This document shows, one piece after another, positions 38,778 through 52,269 of a DNA stretch of 64,000 nt (position 1 is its first letter; every line of letters begins with the position of its first letter). The notes under the pieces are model-generated. The model worked only from the letters and a program-made list of their open reading frames with translations, was not told the DNA's origin and did not search any database. Both the position numbers and the translations under genes were made by a program. The stretch comes from Chiloscyllium plagiosum (taxonomy: Eukaryota), in the NCBI RefSeq assembly GCF_004010195.1, contig NC_057711.1:76767674-76831673 (forward strand), read 5' to 3'.

Positions 38778-39199
38778 TCTTCACTTTATTCCTTCCTCAA
38801 TGCATCATTTCACATTTAACTTCAGTAAATGCGCTGTAATTTTCTGGCCCATTGGCAACAGGATACAAGGAGAGTCTGATGGCAGGGCATCTGCAGAGTA
38901 ACCCAAAGTCTTACCAGCATTATGCCATAATGCTAGCGACAGGCAAGTTGTTGACTCAGTCACCCACTGCATGCCCAAGGGAGCCAATGAAGTGGTCCAC
39001 TAGGGTCAACTCCTTAGTCTGTGACTATTTTGTCCATGTTGAAGGACCTATTGTTGTGTGGGGTGACCACCTCATAAACCTGGGCTGTTTTCCAGTCAGA
39101 TCTGAGCAATGGGTCCTTTACTGGCATTCCATTGACCAAAGCCAACTCAACTCTGCCTCCATAAAAATATCACTACCGGTGCTCAACACCGACCATCCT

Positions 39200-39560
39200 T
39201 CCCTGCCTGCTTGGCCTCGTTTTCCCCAGCCAAAGTTACCCTCTTCAAGGCAACAACACTATCAGACAAATGCCAGCATTCTTCTTGAAGCTAGCTCTAT
39301 AATCATTCAGGCAAACTATTACCAAACAACCTACGGTGGACCAGAAACTGCATCCACATGAATGACAATCATCTCATCTTTCATGTTCTGTGTCACAGCT
39401 AGAAAAGGCCAGCGTTAAACAGGAGGACAAGGAAAACGTTACAAATATACTCAGAAGCTCTCCTTGAAATCATGTTACTTCCTAATCATTTAGTGATTAG
39501 GAAGGCTTGCTCAAAATTGTACAAAATTTCATTGGAATGATAAAGCTTGAAGCGCAGACA
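39200..39560 (+). mobile_element. RTE-clade LINE C-terminal remnant
   Basis: TNASILLEA and GQR*TGGQGKRYKY, like the RTE motif GxRxxGGQRKRYKD. Confidence 0.55.
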
Positions 39561-40369
39561 AGAAATCGATCTTAAAGATAGCAATCTTTTAGTTACTCTC
39601 AGTACTACATGATGTTACACATAGGAAGACTATGATAAGACTAATGAATGCATGGCTAGGGAATTGGTGCAGGACAACACCAGGACAAGAAACCCTCACT
39701 ATTGACTGCCCAAAACCTTGACTGACAAAAAAGGGCAGTTCCCATCTCCTGAGTCACCAGATCCATGAGCGAGCTCTGTGCAACTCCCTCAGATTCCACG
39801 GACTGTTGTACTGGACCTGCAGGACCGACCATGACTGATGTCATTCCACAGACTGTCTGATGTGGAACCACTGACACTGACCATGCTAAGAGGTTGACTG
39901 ACTGTGTCCAGCCATGCACCGGGACAAAATCCTGTTCCTGACTGGCTGTGGCTGGACCACCTAACTGACAACAGTCCTTCTTGAATTGACTGAGGACTAC
40001 TTTCCTCAGACTTTCAGACATGGCCCTTTGGTTGAAGCACATGCAGTGCATCTGCCGAGTAAGCTGCTGATACATGCTACAGATGTGACATTGATGTAGT
40101 ACTGAGCCGTGCAAGAACACTGCTGAGAAATATGACAAGCTACCTGGTGTTATGTCTGTATCAAAGGCAAAGCAATACAGGGCTAATGTAAGCCTGTATG
40201 ATTTGAATGAGGGAGCAAAGCACAAAAAGCAATGACATAGATGTATGTCCCCGAATGTAGACTTGTAGCAGCATGACAATGAACACTGTTACCATGCTCC
40301 AAAAATGACATTAAAATGGATAACTATACTCTAAGAGAGTCAGAAACGTGCTAAGATTTGAAATAGAAT

Positions 40370-40677
40370 TCCTACAGTGTGGAAACAGGCCCTACGGCCA
40401 ACAAGCCCACATTGCCCTTCCGAATAGTATACCACTCAGACTCATTACCATACATTTCCCCTGCCTAATGCACTTAACCTATGCATTCCTGAACACTGTG
40501 GACAATTTAGCATGGTCAATTCACCTAACCTGCACATCTTTGGACCATCGGAGGAAACTCACATAGACATGGGGAGAATATGCAAACTCCAGAGACAGTC
40601 ACCCAAGGCTGAAATTGAACCTGGGTCCCTGGCGCTGTGAGGCAGCAGTGCTAACCACGAAGCCATCGTATCACCCC
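40370..40677 (-). mobile_element. HE1-type SINE
   Basis: Similar to 10940-11228. Confidence 0.9.
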
Positions 40678-41208
40678 AAATGTTGATGTGGTGCAGCTGG
40701 CACTTGTCCAATGCCAACCTTTGTGGACTGGGTGCATACGTAATTATTCCACCTTAGGGACTGCTGGCCATGATGAGGGATGGAGGAGGAAACCCCTGGA
40801 TCCCCAAATACCCTCTCTGCCTTTTTCTCTGCCAAAATGTAAATCTGCAAGTACAGATTCACCCCACAAACCTATATGTGTATGTATGCATGCGGGTGTG
40901 TTTGTGGAGGGGTGGGGGTTATTGGTGTCTGTGAGAGAATGTGTGTATGTGTGTGAGTGGGAGTGTAAAGGGGTATAAGTCTGTTGAGAGGGTGCATGTG
41001 TGAGTGTGGGAGTGTATGTGTGAGCGTATGAGAGAGGGTCTGAGTGAGTTTGTGTGTGTAGGAGTTTGTGTGTGAGTGTAGAAGAAGTGTCTGTGTGTGT
41101 AAAACTGTGTGCATGTGTGTGTAGGAGTGTGAGTGTGTCAGACACACACACACTCCTACACATACATACACTCCTATGCACACACACTCCTATACACACA
41201 CACACACA

Positions 41209-41495
41209 NNNNNNNNNNNNNNNNNNNNNNNNNNNNNNNNNNNNNNNNNNNNNNNNNNNNNNNNNNNNNNNNNNNNNNNNNNNNNNNNNNNNNNNNNNNN
41301 NNNNNNNNNNNNNNNNNNNNNNNNNNNNNNNNNNNNNNNNNNNNNNNNNNNNNNNNNNNNNNNNNNNNNNNNNNNNNNNNNNNNNNNNNNNNNNNNNNNN
41401 NNNNNNNNNNNNNNNNNNNNNNNNNNNNNNNNNNNNNNNNNNNNNNNNNNNNNNNNNNNNNNNNNNNNNNNNNNNNNNNNNNNNNNNNNNNNNNN
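41209..41495. other. Assembly gap
   Basis: Run of N. Confidence 1.
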
Positions 41496-41551
41496 CATCA
41501 CACTGTAAACTTTTGCTATAAATTCTGTGTCTTACAATCTTATTCTCCACA

Positions 41552-41595
41552 GCCACCTGATGAAGGAGCAGTGCTCCGAAAGCAAATGCTTCTAA
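41552..41595 (+). ncRNA. Minimal hammerhead ribozyme motif
   Basis: CTGATGA-A-GGAGC-agt-GCTCC-GAAA-GC-aaat-GC-TT. Confidence 0.7.
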
Positions 41596-41792
41596 TTAAA
41601 CCTGTTGGACTTTAACCTGGTGTTGTGTGATTTTTAACTTTGTACACCCCAGTCCTACACCGGCATGTCTAAATCATGTAGAAAGGATAATTGTATGTAA
41701 TAATAACTTAACTGGAAAATCTCTAACTTCATTGAACTGAAAAGTTAGAAAGTTGATTTATATCAGAAGGTGGCAGACAATATAATAATTGA

Positions 41793-41955
41793 TGAGGTAA
41801 AAACAATGACTGCAGATGCTGGAAACCAGATTCTGGATTAGTGGTGCTGGAAGAGCACAGCAGTTCAGGCAGCATCCGAGGAGCAGTAAAATCAGATTTT
41901 ACTGCTCCTCGGACGCTGCCTGAACTGCTGTGCTCTTTCAGCACCACTAATCCAG
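41793..41955. mobile_element. Hairpin PLE derivative (family C) with 14-bp TSD
   Basis: Inverted arms of about 60 bp; TSD aatataataattga at 41779-41792 and 41956-41969. Confidence 0.9.
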
Positions 41956-42899
41956 AATATAATAATTGAACAAGGGGAATCTTTCAAATAGGAATAGTAC
42001 CATTGAAAGAATAACACATTTACAAGATAATAAATGGAAGAATATCCAAAGCTCGAGCTACTGGAATGTCAAAAGATACAGGCATGAGTTTTCTGGTTGA
42101 TTGCATACTTCTGTTCTCAATATTAATGAAATTAGCATAGAAAGTTCCTGCATTTCCAGTACAATTAACATTCAGTGCAAATAGAGGTTGCACAATCTTT
42201 TACATGTCTTTAAAAGAATCATGCTAGAACATGACCCATCCCCAAAATTGTCCATACTCCAAGACAAGTTAATACTTTTGGATGTTGTTGCTAGCTATAC
42301 TAATTAGCAAGCCTTCATATAGGCTCTAAAATTAAGCTGATTCTTTTAGATGAATATAAACTTATAGATTTGGTTTCAGGATTTGAAATTTTATAATGTA
42401 TCAAGAAACTGCTCATTGCACCTCAATCAAACCAGCAAATGTCCTGTGAAATCTTCCAAAGTAATTTCCAATACGTAAAATAGCATTGCTTATAAGTGGT
42501 AGACCAGACATTGATGAACACATTTATAATTCATGTGAAACAATTATTGGCTGTGCAGAACTAATCAAATTGCACCAGGTTATCACTTAACAAATAAAGG
42601 ACTTTTTTCTAAACGAAAGCATTTTATTTTTAAATTACACTTTAAAATACTATTCAATTGTACTAATTCACAGTAGATTTTGTGCTTTGATTATGCAAAT
42701 AAGCTTGGGTAGAAACATGATCAATAAAGAACTTTGTAAATCTAACACATTTTTAGTAACAATTTGTCTCTAGACCACAAATCAAACCCAAGGTAGTAAC
42801 AATATTCATAGCGAATAAATTGAGTCAGAGAAAGGCAGCTTTTGACAAATGCAAAACAGATAGTACAGCAGAGATTATTATTGGACATCAAAGTCTGAA

Positions 42900-43800
42900 A
42901 TCGTAGAGGAGAAAGAATATGCATATAGATTAGTAACTAAGAACGTAACCCGAGTGTTTTTTTTTCATAAGTTATAAACAGAAAGAGGAATGAAAGGCGT
43001 TGTTTAGGAAGCAAAATGCAGATTGTTTTGTCGAACGAGAGAACAACAATATGTAGCATACATCCTCATTAGAGAAAGAGACTCTATCAATCTAGGGACA
43101 AAGGAAGATATAGCAATATTAGGTATGATAACATGATACAGGAGTAGAGGAAATTTGGCAGTGTCCAAAAGCAGTTTAATCTCTCAGTCCTATGTTACTG
43201 TGGGAAGTAAGGGTTGTTTTTGTTGTGGTCTTGACCAAAGCCTTTCAAACTACTCTAACTATAAAGGTTGCACCAGTGAGTTAAAGTATTGTCAATGTTA
43301 TATCTCTGTGCAAAAAGGGAAAAAGGTGAAATCCTATAACTCCAGATTAATTATCGTAACTTGATCCAAAAATATTTAGAGGCAATAAGTTGGACTGAAT
43401 GACTTGGCTTTTGAGAAATATGCACTAATAAATGAGAGTTAGTAAGGATTTATTAAAGTCAAATTATATTTGTCTAATTATAATTTCTTATGAAGTAATG
43501 GAGAGAGTGTTCCTTGATAAAAATATTTATGGTTTTATTAAAATAATTTAGGGCAACTGGCAAAAGATTCACACGTGACATAAAGAAATATATTTTACGC
43601 ATGAGCTGTGTGAGCTGGAATGCACTGCCTGAAAGGGTGTTGGAGACCAATTCAATAGTAATTTTCAAAAGATAATTTGATAAGTAAATAAATGGGAAAC
43701 AATTGCAGGTCTACATGTAAAGTGCAGAGGAGAGGGATTTGTTGGTTACTGCTTAAGCACAAGCTTAATGGACTGTTTGCCTGAAATGACTGAGTGATGT
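42900..43800 (+). mobile_element. Very old CR1 remnant
   Basis: Scattered ORF2 and 3' similarity, e.g. tggaatgcactgcctgaaagggtgttggag. Confidence 0.5.
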
Positions 43801-44074
43801 AAAAATGGTACTTGCAAAGGTCTTTGCAGAATCTGAGTGCCCTGTAATATCATTGACATGTTGCCTCTCCATCATTCCTTTGTTTCCTTCTGGTAATCAC
43901 TGTAAGTGGCAAAATAATACAAATTAGAAACCCATATCTGGTTCTCAGAAGCTATCACTACTGAGTAAAAATATGAAAGTCCACTGTAGTCCACAAAAAA
44001 GCCCCAAAAAGTACTACTGAGATAGTCCATTGCCAAAATGCCTCTCAAGATCCAAAGGAGAGTCTTTGAACTCA

Positions 44075-44262
44075 AAATTTAAATTTTTTCTTCTCCTCCA
44101 GATGCTGCCAGACTTGCTGACTTTCTCCACAATTTCCTGTTTTTATTTGAAAATGTTTGAATGAGGCCTTATCCCCGGTGAAGGGTTTATGCCCAAAACA
44201 TCGATTCTCTTGCTCCTTGGATGGTGCCTGACCTGCTGTGCTTTTCCAGCACCACACTCTCC
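44075..44262 (+). mobile_element. Two adjacent PLE pLTR fragments (family E, then family B)
   Basis: cagatgctgccagacttgctga... and gaagggtttatgcccaaaacatcgattctc... Confidence 0.7.
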
Positions 44263-44829
44263 ACAAAATGGGAGAACAGCCCAAATTCTGGAAGTAGCCC
44301 AAAGATAGGTCTGAATCCTCAGTGATCAGAGACAGATCAGGGGTAAAAATTGTTTTAATTCCTTGTGGACTCTTAAGGAGCAGTCTTGTTTCTCTTGGCT
44401 CCATGGGTAGTTGGTTTTTTTTCATTGAAAATTACTACATTTTAAAATGAATCAGTTACAAACCACTTTGATGTGTCTTCAAGATATGAAATGTAATGTA
44501 TGAATGCAAGCTGTTTCAATCTATATTTGACTAAATGCATTTTGTTTTTATGCTCCAATGATGTTAGAAATGCTGTAAAAAATGAAAGAACTGCATATGC
44601 TGGAAATCAGAAATAAAACTGAAATTGCTGGAAAAGCTCATCAGATCTGGCAGCATTAGTGGACAGAGATCAAAGTTAACTTTTCGGGTCTAGTGATATT
44701 TCCCCAGAATTGATGGTAGCTCAGAAAATGTTGTTTTTTATGCAGAAGATACAGTGGGGGTAGGCAGTAAGGAGTAAATGATATGTGGAGAGATAGCCCA
44801 AAAAGAGAGAATGATTGGACAGACAAAGG

Positions 44830-45097
44830 GATAGAGAATGATTAGTCTGGAAGAATGGATAGCTACTAGTGGGAACTATTAGGCTTGGGTGAGGACATGG
44901 GAGGAGCAGATTGGGAGGCAGATTTTGGAAAGGTGAAGAAGTAACAGGGTTGTTGTCATGGGTGATAGAGAATGATTAGTCTGGAAGAATGGATAGCTAC
45001 TAGTGGGAACTATTAGGCTTGGGTGAGGACATGGGAGGAGCAGATTGGGAGGCAGATTTTGGAAAGGTGAAGAAGTAACAGGGTTGTTGTCATGGGT
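44830..45097 (+). repeat. 134-bp tandem duplication
   Basis: 44830-44963 matches 44964-45097. Confidence 0.95.
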
Positions 45098-47160
45098 GAC
45101 TTCAACTTCCCCAATATTGATTGGAACCTCCTTCATGCAAATAGTTCAGATTGAGCAGATTTTGTCAGGTGTGTCCAAGAAGGATTCCTGCCTCATTATG
45201 TATATAGGCCAACTAGAGACGAGGCCATATTGGATTTGGTGCTTGGAATAAACCAGGTCAGGTGTCAGATCTCTTGGTGGGAGAGCATTTCGGTGATAGT
45301 GATCACAACTCTCTGACCTTTACTACAGTCATGGAGAGGGATAGGAGTAGATGGTATGGGAAAGCATTTAATTAGGTGAAGGGAAATTACAATGCTATTA
45401 GGCAGGTAGAGCATAAATTGGGAGCAGATTTTCTCAGGGAACTGCATGACAGAAATGTGGAGATTTTTAGGGAGCACTTGCTGTGAGTGCTGGATATGTT
45501 TGTCCCACTGAGGCAGGGAAGGGAGGTTAGGGTGAACGAACCTTGGGTGACAAGAAATGTGGAACATCTAGTCAAGAGGAAGAAGAAAACTTACTTAAAG
45601 TTGAGGAAGCAAGGAACAGACAGGGCTCCAGAGGGTTACAAGGTAGCCAGGAAGGAACTGAACAATGGACTTAGGAGAGCTAGAAAGGGGCATGACAAAG
45701 TCTTGCCATTTAGGATTAAGGAAAACCCCCAAGGCTTTCTACATTTATGTGAGAAACAAGAGGATGGGCAGAGTGAGTGTAGGGCTGATCAAGGATAGTG
45801 GAGGGAGCTTATACCTGGTGCTGCAAGAGGTAGGGGAGGTCCTTGATGAATACTTTGCTTCAGTATTCACTAGTGAAAGGGACCTTGTTGTTTGGGAGGA
45901 CAACGTGAAACAGGCTAATATGTTCAAACAGCTTGTTGTTAAAAAGGAGGGTATGCTGTATATTTTAAAAACATGAGGATAGATAAGTCCCTTGGTCCAT
46001 ACGGGATATACCTAAGGTTACTAAAGAAGGCAAGGGAAGCGATTACTGCACCTTTGGTGATGATTTTTGCGTCCTCACTGTCCACTGGAGTAGTACCATA
46101 TGATTGGAGGGTAAATGTTTTTCTTTGTTTGAGAAAGGCGATAAGGATAACCCCGGAAATTACAGACCAGTCAGTCTTAGGTCAGTGGTAGGCAACTTAT
46201 TTGAGAGGATTCTGAAAGACAGGATTTATGATAATTTGGAAAAGCATAGTTTGGCTAGATATGGTCAGTATGGCTTTGTAATGGCAGGTAAAGCCTTACA
46301 AGTCTTATTGAATTCTTTCAGGATGTACCAAAATACATCGATGAGGGTAGAACAGTGGATGTGGTGTACATGGATTTTAGCTGTCTGGATACAGAATTGG
46401 CTGGCCCAAAGTAGACAGAGGGTGATAGTAGATGGAAAATATTGAGCCTGGAACTCAGTGACCAGTGGTGTTCCACAGGGATCTATTCTGGGATCTCTGC
46501 TCTTTGTGATTTTTATAAATGATTTGGGTGAGAAAGCGGAAGGGTGGGTTAGTTAGTTTAATAATGACATGAAGTTTGGTGGAGTTGTGGATAATGCAGA
46601 GGACTGTTGTAGGTTGCAACAGGACATTGACAGGATGCAGTGCTGGAATGAAAAGTGACAGATGGAGTTCAACATGGAAAAGTATGAAGTGATTCACATT
46701 GGAAGATCAAATATTAAAGCAAATTACAGGGTTAAAGGCAGGATTCTTGGCAGTGTGGAGGAACAGAGGGATCTTGGCGTCCACGTCCATAGATCCCTCA
46801 AAGAGGTATAGATAGAGTGGATTAAAGACATAATGCTGGAGTGGATAGCCAGAGACTTTTTCTTAGGATGGAAATAGCTATCATGAGGGGGCATATGTTT
46901 AAGATGATTGGAGGAAGTTTTGGAGAGATGTCAGAGGTAGAGGTTCTTTACACAGAGAGTGGTGGGTGCATGGAATGCACTGCCAGCAGTGGTAGTACTG
47001 TAGATATGTTAGGGACATTTAAGCAACTTTTGCATAGGCACATGGATGATAGTAAAATGTAAGGTATGTAGGTTGATTTGATCTTAGAGTACAATAAAAG
47101 ATTGGCACAACATTGAGGGTCAAAGAACCTGCACTGAACTGTACTGATCTATGTTCCATG
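44886..47160 (+). mobile_element. CR1 LINE ORF2 (APE endonuclease C-terminal part plus RT), decayed with deletions
   Basis: [30 protein letters not shown] and 3' tail. Confidence 0.92.
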
Positions 47161-49316
47161 TAAGGTGCCTCAAGCTCTGAGCTTGATATTGAGAACAGAA
47201 GAGTTCCCAAGCGAAAAATGATGTGCTGTTCTTCGTACATTGAGCTGCACTGGAGCACTGGAGCAAGGCTGAGACAGAGATGTTGACCAGGGAACATGGT
47301 GATGTGTTGTAGTGGTAGGCCACTGAATCTCAAGGTCTTTTTTTTGTGGACAGAATATAGGTGTTCTGCAATGCAGTCACCTAGTCTACGCTTAATTTCC
47401 CCACTGTAGAGGAGACCACATTGTGAGCAAAGAATACAGTAGACTAAATTGCGTGAAGTGCAGATGAAATGCTGCTTCACCTGGAAGGTGTTTTGGGTGC
47501 TTGGATATTGAGGAGAGAGGAAGTAAACAGGCAGGTGTTACACCTTCTGCAGTTGCAGGGAAAGGTGCCGCTGAAGGAGGATTGGACCAGGATGTCCCGG
47601 AGAGTAGTGTAGGTGGATTTAATAATATGTCCATTGTAGTTGTCATGTATGTGTACTTACTGCCTGTGGAAAGTGGTAAATCAGTCATTTGGTTTATTTC
47701 AACAATTTCAAATGGTAGCCAGTCATAATATCAAATTCAATTATTGTGCTGCTTGTAACCTTGCCCTGTTAGTCTGATAGATGATTCTACGTGCCAGGTA
47801 GCGGAATCTGTTTCAAAATACAGCCTTTACGATATCTGTAACATCTAAGTCCCAAAGAATTAATTAAAAAGCCTGGATAGTACGAAACAGAACACTGGCT
47901 TATCAATTTTATTCCTAAATAATAATTAACTAGAAAAGTATTGACCATGAATGAAACTCATTCAGCTCAGTTACATAATAGTACTGTTTTCAAGCAGTGG
48001 GAGACCACATCTGCATTGCATTAATAAGGAAGAAAAAGGGTTTAACTAGAACATGCTGTGAAACAATAAGAAAACTGTGGTTGGTGAATATATGAGACAT
48101 GTCCCAGAGGGAAAAACCAGTAAAAGGACAGTAAAACTTGGGTGTACTGGAGCTCCATTTTCAAGTATATAAGATGAATCAGACCAGTATGTGACATTCT
48201 CAACTTTTATCATTATTTTCCTTCTGTGGTATTACAAAGAAATAAATTATTACACATATAAAATGACACCTTTGTTCAGCATTAGAAAAGAAAACATTTC
48301 TTTGTTGGCTGGCAATTAGTAACTTTTTGCTAATGCTGAGCATAGTCATTAATACTTGAAAAGTAGCAATTGGCATGGTTGAACAGGGAAAAGGTGGAGT
48401 TGTTTTTTTTTAGTGCACAAGGGGCATAATTTGTTTCTAGTTAACAAAATGGGTATAGCTAGACAACAACACAGTTATTTTGGGAGATTGGTATGTTATT
48501 GTGTGAAAAGGAAGCCTATCAAGACACAACAATTACCAAAAGCAATGTGTTGACTCTCATTGTGTTGAAAAGGGATGGGCAATAAATGGTGGCCTGGCCA
48601 GTGACACCCTCATCCTGTGAGTGAACAAAAAAACGCTGAAAGGGGAAATGCAGTTTAGGAGGGGAGAGAGAGAAGAAACAGTATTTCATTGTTTTTCTGT
48701 TCACTTCTATAGATTAACAGTAGCAAAGCAAACATAATAATAAGCTTGGTTTGCAGTGATCACAACTTGCTGTCCTTATATAGTGAAGTGAAACTTTTGT
48801 CACTACTGGCCACAACAGAAACTATGAGTTCAGCAAATGTTTATATTGTTGTTCAGAACCAGCATTTGTTCACTGGGTCTGGGAGGTCTGCAATTTAATG
48901 AATGAGCTGGAAATCATCCTGCAGACACAGCTGCAGGATTTAAAGCCGAGTTTGATTTAAAGCAGTGCCAGAAGGCAGTTATAGCTCCTCACAGATGAGT
49001 GAGAATATATTTCAGGACAAAGGCAAATGCTACACAAAGATTATATTGTAGTGAGTTACATTTTAGTTGTAGAGTTTCAGGAGTCCTGTCTGATTTCTGT
49101 TGCCAGCAGTTTTATTTTGACCATTTTCTTTGTTGAAAGCATACGTTTACGCTAGAACTGAAGACGAACATCAGTTTAGGATGCTTGTAGGTTTTCTAAT
49201 ATTAATGAGAAAATGAGTGTTATTCAGAAACATAATAATATTATTTTGGATGCAACTGATTCAAATATGATGAGATGTTAATGAAAGTCTCTCTTGTTAG
49301 TTTGTTCCAGGAGCAG

Positions 49317-49611
49317 GGCGGCATGGTGACTCAGTGGTTAGCGCTGCTGCCTCACAGTGCCAGGGACCCAGATTCGATTCCAGCCTTGGACAACTGTCTG
49401 TGTGGAATTTGCACATTCTCCCTGTGTCTTCGTGGGTTTCCTCCCACAGTCCAAAGATGTGCAGGTCAGGTGAATTGGCCATGCTAAATTGCCCATAGTG
49501 TTAGGTGCATTAGTCAGAGGGAAATGGGTCTGGGTGGGTTACTCTTCGGAGGGTCGGTGTGGACTTGTTGGTCCAAAGGGCCTGTTCCCACACTGTAGGA
49601 GAATCTAATCT
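49317..49611 (+). mobile_element. Full-length HE1-type SINE
   Basis: gggcggcatggtgactcagtggttagc head, B box, core, tail ending aatctaatct. Confidence 0.92.
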
Positions 49612-50499
49612 CAAGCTAAACTTCTCATGTTCAGGTTCCTCATGCCCTGACTCTCATCATAACATTTCCCAAATACCTGCACCCACCTCAATTGAAATGC
49701 CTCTAAATGGCACAGATTTTGATCTTGGGCATGGGTGCAGGGTGGAGTTGGACCTGCTTACCTGATAACATATTCAATGTGGAGACAGGGTCTATGTATG
49801 CAACACATTCTTCCATACAGGAAATGGGTCCCCTCTGCAAGACAGGAAGCTAATGGCGTTCTGCGAGATCATAAGATAAGATCTCGCAAGTAAGGTGAGT
49901 ATTAAGTATAATAACTGTCTGTCTGCTGACTAATATGAGAAAGGATGGCCCATTTAGTGCCTTCTATAGACAATGATAGAGATTAATGCTGCCTATTGGC
50001 ATTGTGGAATGAAGGAGCACACTGCAGTTGCTTAAGACAGGAAGAACCATACGAGACACAGCCATAAAGATGGCAGCATCTTAGTGCTATCAGCTAGTCC
50101 CAAACCTCTGCAATGAGAGTTATTAGCAGAATGCTTCAGGGGCTGATGGTTAGGTGCTGAATGCAGAATCTTTGCCTTTCCACTCACCCTTTCATCATTT
50201 ATCCATCAGGGAGTTGTCAACCAATTATGCCTTCCGCATCACCTTCATAGCAGCACACTGTCATTGCAATTGTGTGACTCAGAGGGAACATGGCAGCAGA
50301 ATTTTTGGAAGCTCTGGAGAACAGTATGTTCTGCTAGTGCGATACCATCCCCACAAACATAAGTCAGTGATGAACAGTGAAGTAGGTTCCTGCATGTGGG
50401 TGGGATCAAGTTATGTGTGATGACAATCAAAGATAAAAGCCTAACTTGCCCACAAGCATTCTTCACTGTCATGCTAGAATGTCACAGAGAAGACCAGCT

Positions 50500-50740
50500 A
50501 CAAAAGATATGGGAGGAAGAGTGCCCCAGTTCTGCAATCAGGACCTCTATATTCTGGACAAGGATGTGCAGTGAAATAGGACAATCATACAGCCCAGAAG
50601 ACAAAGGGGCTTTCTTGGATGACAAAAAGAGCATAGCAGGAGATTTCATTCCATGTGAGTACAGAAAATGAACATCTCCACTTCTGGACATGATCACTGA
50701 AGCTGTTCCATGACCTGCTGTGCTCTAGCTAGGAAAGATG
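50500..50740 (+). pseudogene. Myb/SANT-like (Harbinger-type) remnant
   Basis: RVPQFCNQDLYILDKDVQ*NRTIIQP, then a downstream KLFHDLL, resembling RxPxFSxxELxxL...KKxxDL. Confidence 0.45.
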
Positions 50741-51204
50741 TTTGGCAGATACACACAGACTTTCCTGTGATGGATAATATTTGTATGCTGCATCACTTGG
50801 GACAGATGTGACACAAATTCATCATGAACATGTCTAAGGTTTGAAATGTAAATGACCAATGTAACCAATTGCCCCATTGAAGAATTTTGACCCTGGTGGC
50901 ATATTGGTATGAAATTACATCATCTTGCATGCTGCATTTGCACCAGAGGCCACTCATTGCCAGTGAGACAGCTTAAATTGAAGATGAGTTCTCAGGGAGT
51001 AATTTGCAACATCAAGGAGAAGGGGATGGAAATATTGAGGGTGCCAGTTGAGCTCATGATTAATGATGGAGAATTGTCCATAACAGGGAACAAAGAAGGT
51101 TCTGTCAGACATGGTGTCGGTGGTAGATGCAATGCTGTTAATGCAGCAAACAGAGGGGCTGTTGTAATTCCAGATTTTTATGGATTTGAATTTGAATCCC
51201 ACCT

Positions 51205-51375
51205 GTATTGATTGGAACAAGGTCAGCCAGGTGGATCAAATACAATATGAGTTGCCTGATTGGGGCTAATAACCTGGTCCAATTAGGGAATCCTGGTTGA
51301 CAGATATAAACAGGAGATTCAGAGCCTTCTCAGATTAGGGGACTGACTCTGGGCTGGCTGGAGTTATAGTCAGTA
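51205..51375 (+). mobile_element. LTR-like fragment with CCAAT/TATA-like motifs
   Basis: gattggggct...ccaattaggg...gatataaacaggag; a related ggctctgagctagctgg segment lies at 54725-55010. Confidence 0.5.
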
Positions 51376-52269
51376 TGTTACTGTTTATTTCTGCTTCCCT
51401 CCTTTTCTGGAAGGGGAAAACCTGATTCCTGAACTGGCTGAATTATTTAGCCAGTTTGTTAACTGGCATTCCTTTTAGTGAGGACTGATTGTTAAACTCC
51501 TGATGCACATAATGTGTTTTGGGTGTAACTCAGTTCTCATTAGGGGGTTGTTGTTTCACTGGTTGGTTACAGCCTGTGTTACTCTCTCCTCTTTCTGAGA
51601 AAAGGCCAATGTTAATTTTATGGTAGAGCTTAGCCCTTGGACTGTAGTTTTCTTTGTTTTTTGTATGTGTCTTCACTTTTTATTGGTGTTTTGGACTGAG
51701 TCCTGTGGAAGACATGCATTTTACCAGAGGAACTGTTCCTGTGGGGAGGCCTAGGCCTGGACTGGGCCTCTGAAGATTGAACACCTGTATGTGTGCTGGG
51801 AGGTGAGCAGTTGCTGTATCCTGGAGTTTGGGAGAAGACCTTTCCTTCAGGAGTGGACCAAACCCCTGTGAGTTAACTGCACCTGTACTATGTACTGTGT
51901 TCTTGCGAGTTGGCCTGGCTCTCCAAGGCTGGACCAGGACTCTGTTGAGACTGAACTGTGGGGTGTGCATTTGCTGCCTCCAGGAGTGGACTCTGCCCTT
52001 GATTGTGGACTGTCTTTTAACAACGGATTCTGCAGTTTGGAGCGGCCTCTAATTCTGACTTTGCACATTGTATACTGGAGTGGACTCTTCCTGGAAATGG
52101 ATTCCATATCTTGAAGACCTGTATAAATTTGGACTGTGTACCAGAAGGGAGTTTTTTTTGGGTAACTAACTGTATTGTGGTGTTTCCTGGGTCTATCACC
52201 CGCACTGTCTTGCGTGTCCCTGGGTCTGGCAGGCCTTGCTGTGAGCTGGGAGGCCCATGGGTCGTCCTG

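Larger units (their letters stand above)
40825..41680. mobile_element. PLE family A with (TG)/(CA)-rich inverted internal region, assembly gap and pLTR
   Basis: TG-rich tract flips to CA-rich at about 41140; 40970-41010 matches the reverse complement of 27721-27760; pLTR at 41496-41680. Confidence 0.75.
44575..47600 (-). mobile_element. Penelope-like element (family E) split by a CR1 insertion
   Basis: pLTR and 3' region at 44575-44885; GIY-YIG region HFICTSRNLVYCILCSQCGLLYSGEIKRRLGD at about 47160-47600. Confidence 0.8.

Noticed and set aside
49317..49400. tRNA gene (also 11150-11228 and 5550-5625)
   Set aside because: These are tRNA-derived SINE heads continuing into SINE bodies
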